Origin: Raillietiella orientalis
Lineage: Eukaryota
Reading direction: 5' to 3'
NCBI GenBank assembly: GCA_036172245.1
Contig: JAYWIR010000109.1
Coordinates: 62,001-126,000 of the forward strand
Length of the DNA: 64,000 bases
Shown here: piece by piece, positions 62,131 through 64,000 of the stretch
How positions within the stretch are numbered: the first letter of the stretch is position 1
How the letters are laid out: every line of letters starts with the position of its first letter
Position numbers and translations under genes: made by a program
The notes under the pieces: generated by a model
What the model saw: the letters and a program-made list of their open reading frames with translations, nothing else
Databases searched by the model: none
Told to the model about the DNA's origin: nothing

Positions 62131-64000
62131 GGCAAGAAGAGCAAAAACCCTGCACGAAAATGCTTTCCAACCGGTCCATTCGCACGAGAGAGCGAGGGAA
62201 AAAAAAAATGTTTACGGTCAGAGATGCAACACCAGGCAGTTGCGATGGCATTCCGACGGCACGCTTGCAGCATTCGAGTAACACGCGCTCGATCCGTACC
62301 ACAAGCACCTTGTAATGAAGTCGAGGGCAGCGTGACTCAAACGGTCATTGTGCTGTTTTGTGTGGGGGTGCAAGCGGAGCATAAAGGGGTCAAGCAGTCG
62401 ACCTGACTTCAGCTTTGCATTGGGGAGGGGGGGGGGGATTATTACCTCACCTCTTTCCGAGCTGCTGCCAATTCGGGAGGTTCAGAATCGTCAGAAAAAA
62501 AGCTTTTATTCGTTCGAAGGCCGCATCGAAATGAAAGAAACAACAAAGTCGGTGCTGTCTGGAAAAGGAGAGAAAGAGACACAAAATTCTTCCACGTGTC
62601 ACGTGATCGTTCCTCGACATGGATGTGAAAAGAATTCCAAATTGCGGGATTCCGCCGGCTCTGATCGTTAACCCCTGGTCGGTTATTTACTTTTGCACGG
62701 AGGGAATATTGGAAGGACGAAACGACCCATCTTCGGTGTTGGTTCTCACTCGCATCCTGGTGAACGTTTCGTAACCATGGCAGGGGTGAGGCACTTCTTC
62801 TCGTCTCCCTGAGCGTCTCCTTTGCCGTGTTTACTTTGCCGAACGAGCGCGCCATGTAAACAAAAACGTGCGTTCAGGAAAGTTCTGGTGCCGCAATCCG
62901 GGACAAATCGGCATCGATTTCTCCCAGGCCACCAGGGGTCAACACCCTGAAAGCGTGTCCATTGCGGGGACGCGTCGTCACTTTCCGCGCCGTAGTCGCT
63001 AGAGGAAACCAAAACGCGTGCGCGCGCACGCACGCACGCACGCACGCGCCTCGTGCTCCTCCTCCCTTTTTTCCGCTTCCGCAAGCTGGGGAACCCCACG
63101 GGAGGAAGAGGACCACGCACGCGAGCGCACGCGCGAGGCCTGCGCCCTGGTCCTCCTCCCCGCGGCGTGCGTGGGTCCGCGACCGTCAACCGCGTCGCTG
63201 CGCAGCGGTCCCGCGCACGCGCGTCTTCGGTCAGACCGCGCGCGCACCTTTGAGCGTCCACGCCCTCGCCTTGCAGAGGGGCGTTCGAGAGAGAGCGACA
63301 GAGAGCTGTTTGCGCGGAGCCATCGGAGCCACCCTGGCCGCCTTTTTTAAGGGCTCTTTTTTTTGGGAAAGGAAGGAGGGGGAGGGGAGGGGTGTCGGGT
63401 TCCCTGCGTTTGGTCGGCCGTCCCCTTACTGGGGACGTGCCTTCGGAGGGGTGGTCCCGCTGCGCTGCAAGGATTGTGGGAGGGAGGGAACCGCGGTGTT
63501 TCCGGGAAAGCGGAAACCCCCCCTCCCCCTTTCCCCTCCCCCTTTCCCCTCCCCCTTTCCCCTTGCCTCGCGCCCGGCGCTTGGCAACCCGTTGCTGCTG
63601 TGTTTCCCTCCGCGACGAGGGAAGCGCGGTGGATTCCTCTCTGTGTGAGGCCTCGCCTTGCGCCTTTCTGGTTGAGCGCTTCTTACGGGAAAAAGTCGAC
63701 GACCCTCGGCTATCCGAACGACAAACAACAAATGCCGGCAAAAGACGAGAATAAAAACGCGGTTTTTTTTTTAAAAAAAAAAATAAATAAGTAAATAGAA
63801 TGAAGAAAATGTTTTTGTTTTTCTTCTTTCAGTCGCTCCTTCCGTTTTTATAGTTTCCTTGTTTGTCCTTTTCCCTCTTTCCACCTTTTGTTTTCGACAG
63901 GTTTGGGGCCGAGGAAGGGGGAGAGGCGTTTCCCTAGGGAAGCAAGCGCAAAATTCCTGTTGTTTCGTTACGTCTGGTTGGTTGACCTTACGCGATTCCG

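Noticed and set aside
1..64000. CRISPR arrays, rRNA, tRNA or prokaryotic operons
   Set aside because: No regularly spaced repeats or recognisable structural RNA by eye, and the gene structure is eukaryotic. A covariance-model scan would be needed to exclude small RNAs.

Overview
Eukaryotic (animal, most likely arthropod) genomic DNA, mostly GC-rich, with short GT-AG introns (43-150 nt plus one of 740 nt). Three protein-coding genes can be reconstructed by hand. (1) A 13-exon PLD1-like phospholipase D (12192-17161, +, about 1132 aa, PX-PH-HKD-loop-HKD). (2) The PRC2 cofactor jing/AEBP2 (three C2H2 zinc fingers; main exons 20674-22378, +; probable poly-His first exon at 17658-17830). (3) Mitochondrial ATP synthase subunit b (57682-59153, -), lying in a sharply AT-rich island. 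Much of the remaining sequence appears to be decayed L1/Tx1-like non-LTR retrotransposon, clearest at 48.6-54.8 kb. The most unusual structures are a 1145-bp element with perfect 95-bp inverted repeats ending in a 12-bp palindrome, diverged repeat relics joined as mirror images at homologous positions, a same-strand cluster of nine TGACG motifs, and a pyrimidine-rich repeat shared in inverted orientation between PLD intron 5 and the PLD upstream region. No rRNA, tRNA or CRISPR array was seen. I cannot demonstrate a wholly new biological system from sequence alone; the findings below are testable leads.
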